From: Rhynchobatus australiae | Lineage: Eukaryota | Reading direction: 5' to 3' | Length of the DNA stretch: 64,000 nucleotides | Assembly (NCBI GenBank): GCA_034780895.1 | Contig: JAUZTB010000107.1 | Span: forward strand, 33,580,790-33,644,789 | Shown: piece after piece, positions 61,900-64,000 of the stretch | Layout of the letters: each line of letters opens with the position of its first letter | Position numbering within the stretch: the first letter of the stretch is position 1 | Notes under the pieces: generated by a model | Database searches by the model: none | The model's input: only the letters and a program-made list of their open reading frames with translations | What the model was told of the DNA's origin: nothing | Made by a program: the position numbers and the translations under genes

Positions 61900-62422
61900 T
61901 GAGTATTGCCAATATATAGCAGTGCAAAGTGCGGCGGGACAGAGGCTGGTAGGTTTGAGGGGGAGCCAGACAGGGAGGGGTTGATGGACATTATGGAACC
62001 AGGTGAAGGGAAGGGTGAACAAAGGTACCAGAAAACTGGATGTGGGAGAAGAACACCGTTTTTGTGGGTTACCTGAAATTGGAAAATTCAACATTTATAC
62101 CATTGGTTATAGGCTGCTCAAGCAGAATACAAGATGTTCTTCCAATGTGTGTTTGGCCTCTCACTCCCCATTTGCTTCCACCTGTCACCTACCAGTTATA
62201 ATAGCTAGGCAGACTTTGCTGTGGAGGGAAATTATTTCCCGACCCCCTTCGTACTGCTAATATACTAGCTACCTTTTCTGTTCCCTCTCAGTCCTGATGC
62301 AAGATCTCGACCCGAAATGCTGACTTACACCTTCTGCCTCCGCAGATGCTGATTGACCCGCTGAGTTCTTCTAGTGTTCTGTTTTCGTTCTAGATTCCAG
62401 CATTTGCAGTCTTTTTTGTCTT
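61900..62422. mobile_element. Penelope-like remnant with inverted halves
   Basis: Minus-strand endonuclease C-terminus (LEEHLVFCLSSL*P) to ~62160, then a plus-strand terminal repeat ending GATTCCAGCATTTGCAGTC. Confidence 0.8.
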
Positions 62423-64000
62423 CTGCTCACTAATGTCTCACTTTGTTCCCATACGCAACATGGTTCCAACAAGTTTTTTCAGAAGGCTTATTCTCATTTT
62501 CACCCTTTCCCTAGGAAATCATTTCCTCCCACAGCAAAAACCACCTAGCTATTATAACCCTAACACCCCATCATTCACTCCAAACCTGTACCTTGCTGGG
62601 ACTTCTGACATGCACATCAGTCAACTTTCACTTCTGATATTGAACATCAAATCTTATGTCTAAAACAACATGTTATTTAGAATGTTATACTCAACATGAA
62701 AAAGCACCTAACCTACAAATATTGCACAGAATATATACCTTGGTCAATAGCAGAGTCTTAAAAACATCCTGGAGAATACCTCAGAAATGGTAACTGTAAT
62801 AAAGGAGCTCTACTGCTGAAAATCCTCATCAATTTTTGGAACAAGGCAGCTGGAAGCACAGACTTGATCCATTCAAGAGACAAAACCTGGCTGCTCCTTC
62901 TGCGCCCTGGGGATCCCAACCAATACTAAAGGGTCCACCCACAGTTTGTGCAAATTCATCTTGACCCAGTATCAAAAATGCCAAAGGAAGGTAAATCCAT
63001 ATAGTGTTTATCGTTATAGAAGGTGAAAAAGTGGTTGAATTAGGCATGATTTATCGAAAATTCACCTTGGGTGAAAAGATAGCCTGGCTTGAATAGCTTT
63101 TCACATACATCTACCAAAGCACAAAAGGGCCAAAGGAACAGAAGCAAATTAAAGACAATACCCTGCTAAAACCAGGATAACTAACCAGTGGCTGATTATC
63201 TTGTTATCAATTGCAACTGATTTAATGGAGAGGGTGCTTCTGACCCGAGACTCTCCTGTCATTGACAAATTATCATCATAACCCCCACCGCCGCCCCCAA
63301 CAACAATCTTCACAGATGTTTCAGGCAGCAGCTACCATGACCAGGTGCTAACCTTTCATCAAAGATGTCCAAAGCTAGAAGAATGTTAGCAGCATTTTCT
63401 CAATAGTGAGGTGATAGGATTGATGTTTGAAGTTTCAACGATCACCTCATGCTAACATACACTACGTCTCACCTCAACAATAAATTTCCAACTGCCAATT
63501 CTACATCCATTTTTAGACCTCAAGCAAGCTGGGTCCCTGTGGTTAACAATAGATTTCCACAGGGATTGATCTCAGCACACTTCAACGTTTGTGTAATTGA
63601 CATTCCTGACATCCACACACATCTGTGTGATTGCCATTCATGCATGTTGTTAACATGACAGGCACCCACCATTGTCTTAGCCAACACTATACTGAACAAA
63701 GATTTTGAGAGAGTGAAGAATTACTTTTTTCTATCCAAAACTTCAGCAACAATGTTCTGCCTGGATAATAAAGCCATTAATAAGAAGTTAGACAACTATC
63801 TCTTGTGGAAAAGGACATAAGATGCGGGTTTTGTTAAGTATCTCGGTGTTAGGCTAGATTAGTAGGTTAGTGCAAGCAGAATGTTAGTTATCCTCTGAAT
63901 CCATCTTCACGTTGCATGTCTTTGTGTATTTAAAATAAACGTAAGGTCATTTCATGAACCTTAAACTTAAACATACATTTAAAATATTTACTGCAGACTA

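Larger units (their letters stand above)
43385..64000 (-). other. FOXP1: FOXP1 intron upstream of the ALQVARQ exon; the canonical first coding exon is not in the window
   Basis: Polypyrimidine tract plus AG acceptor at 43385-43400 (minus). No MMQES-like exon recognised. Confidence 0.75.

Noticed and set aside
1-64000. Prokaryote-type systems (CRISPR array, operon, defence island)
   Set aside because: There is no regularly spaced repeat-spacer array and no gene-dense region; the sequence is vertebrate intron.

Overview
Vertebrate genomic DNA, AT-rich and CpG-poor, from a draft assembly with many N gaps. The repeats (V-SINE/HE1-like SINEs, SacSINE1/AmnSINE-type DeuSINEs, abundant CR1 and Penelope fossils) point to a cartilaginous fish (shark or ray); this is inferred. 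The window lies inside a FoxP-family gene, most likely FOXP1, on the minus strand. The only confident coding exon is 43295-43384 ([30 protein letters not shown], phase 0/0, AG/GT flanks). Neither neighbouring canonical exon is visible, so the rest is read as intron. The introns contain: (i) a segment resembling the human FOXP1 alternative first exon (MFQCVF...TEI...FS) with its reading frame broken, around a FOX:ETS motif; (ii) a candidate alternative first coding exon at 7493-7585 (MKSLRQGLNFICHHKRRGPPQEASESHGLMM) ending at a phase-0 GTGAGT donor; (iii) several motif-dense, repeat-free enhancer-like blocks and CTCF-like sites; (iv) many decayed transposons (CR1, L2/Crack-like, RTE, Gypsy, Harbinger, Tc1, Penelope). 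The Penelope termini carry degenerate minimal hammerhead-ribozyme motifs. One is a ~133-bp ribozyme-starting unit flanked by a 13-14 bp target-site duplication. Nearly all ORFs in the supplied track are noise, gap artefacts or transposon fragments. All family assignments come from remembered motifs, not database searches, and repeat boundaries are approximate.
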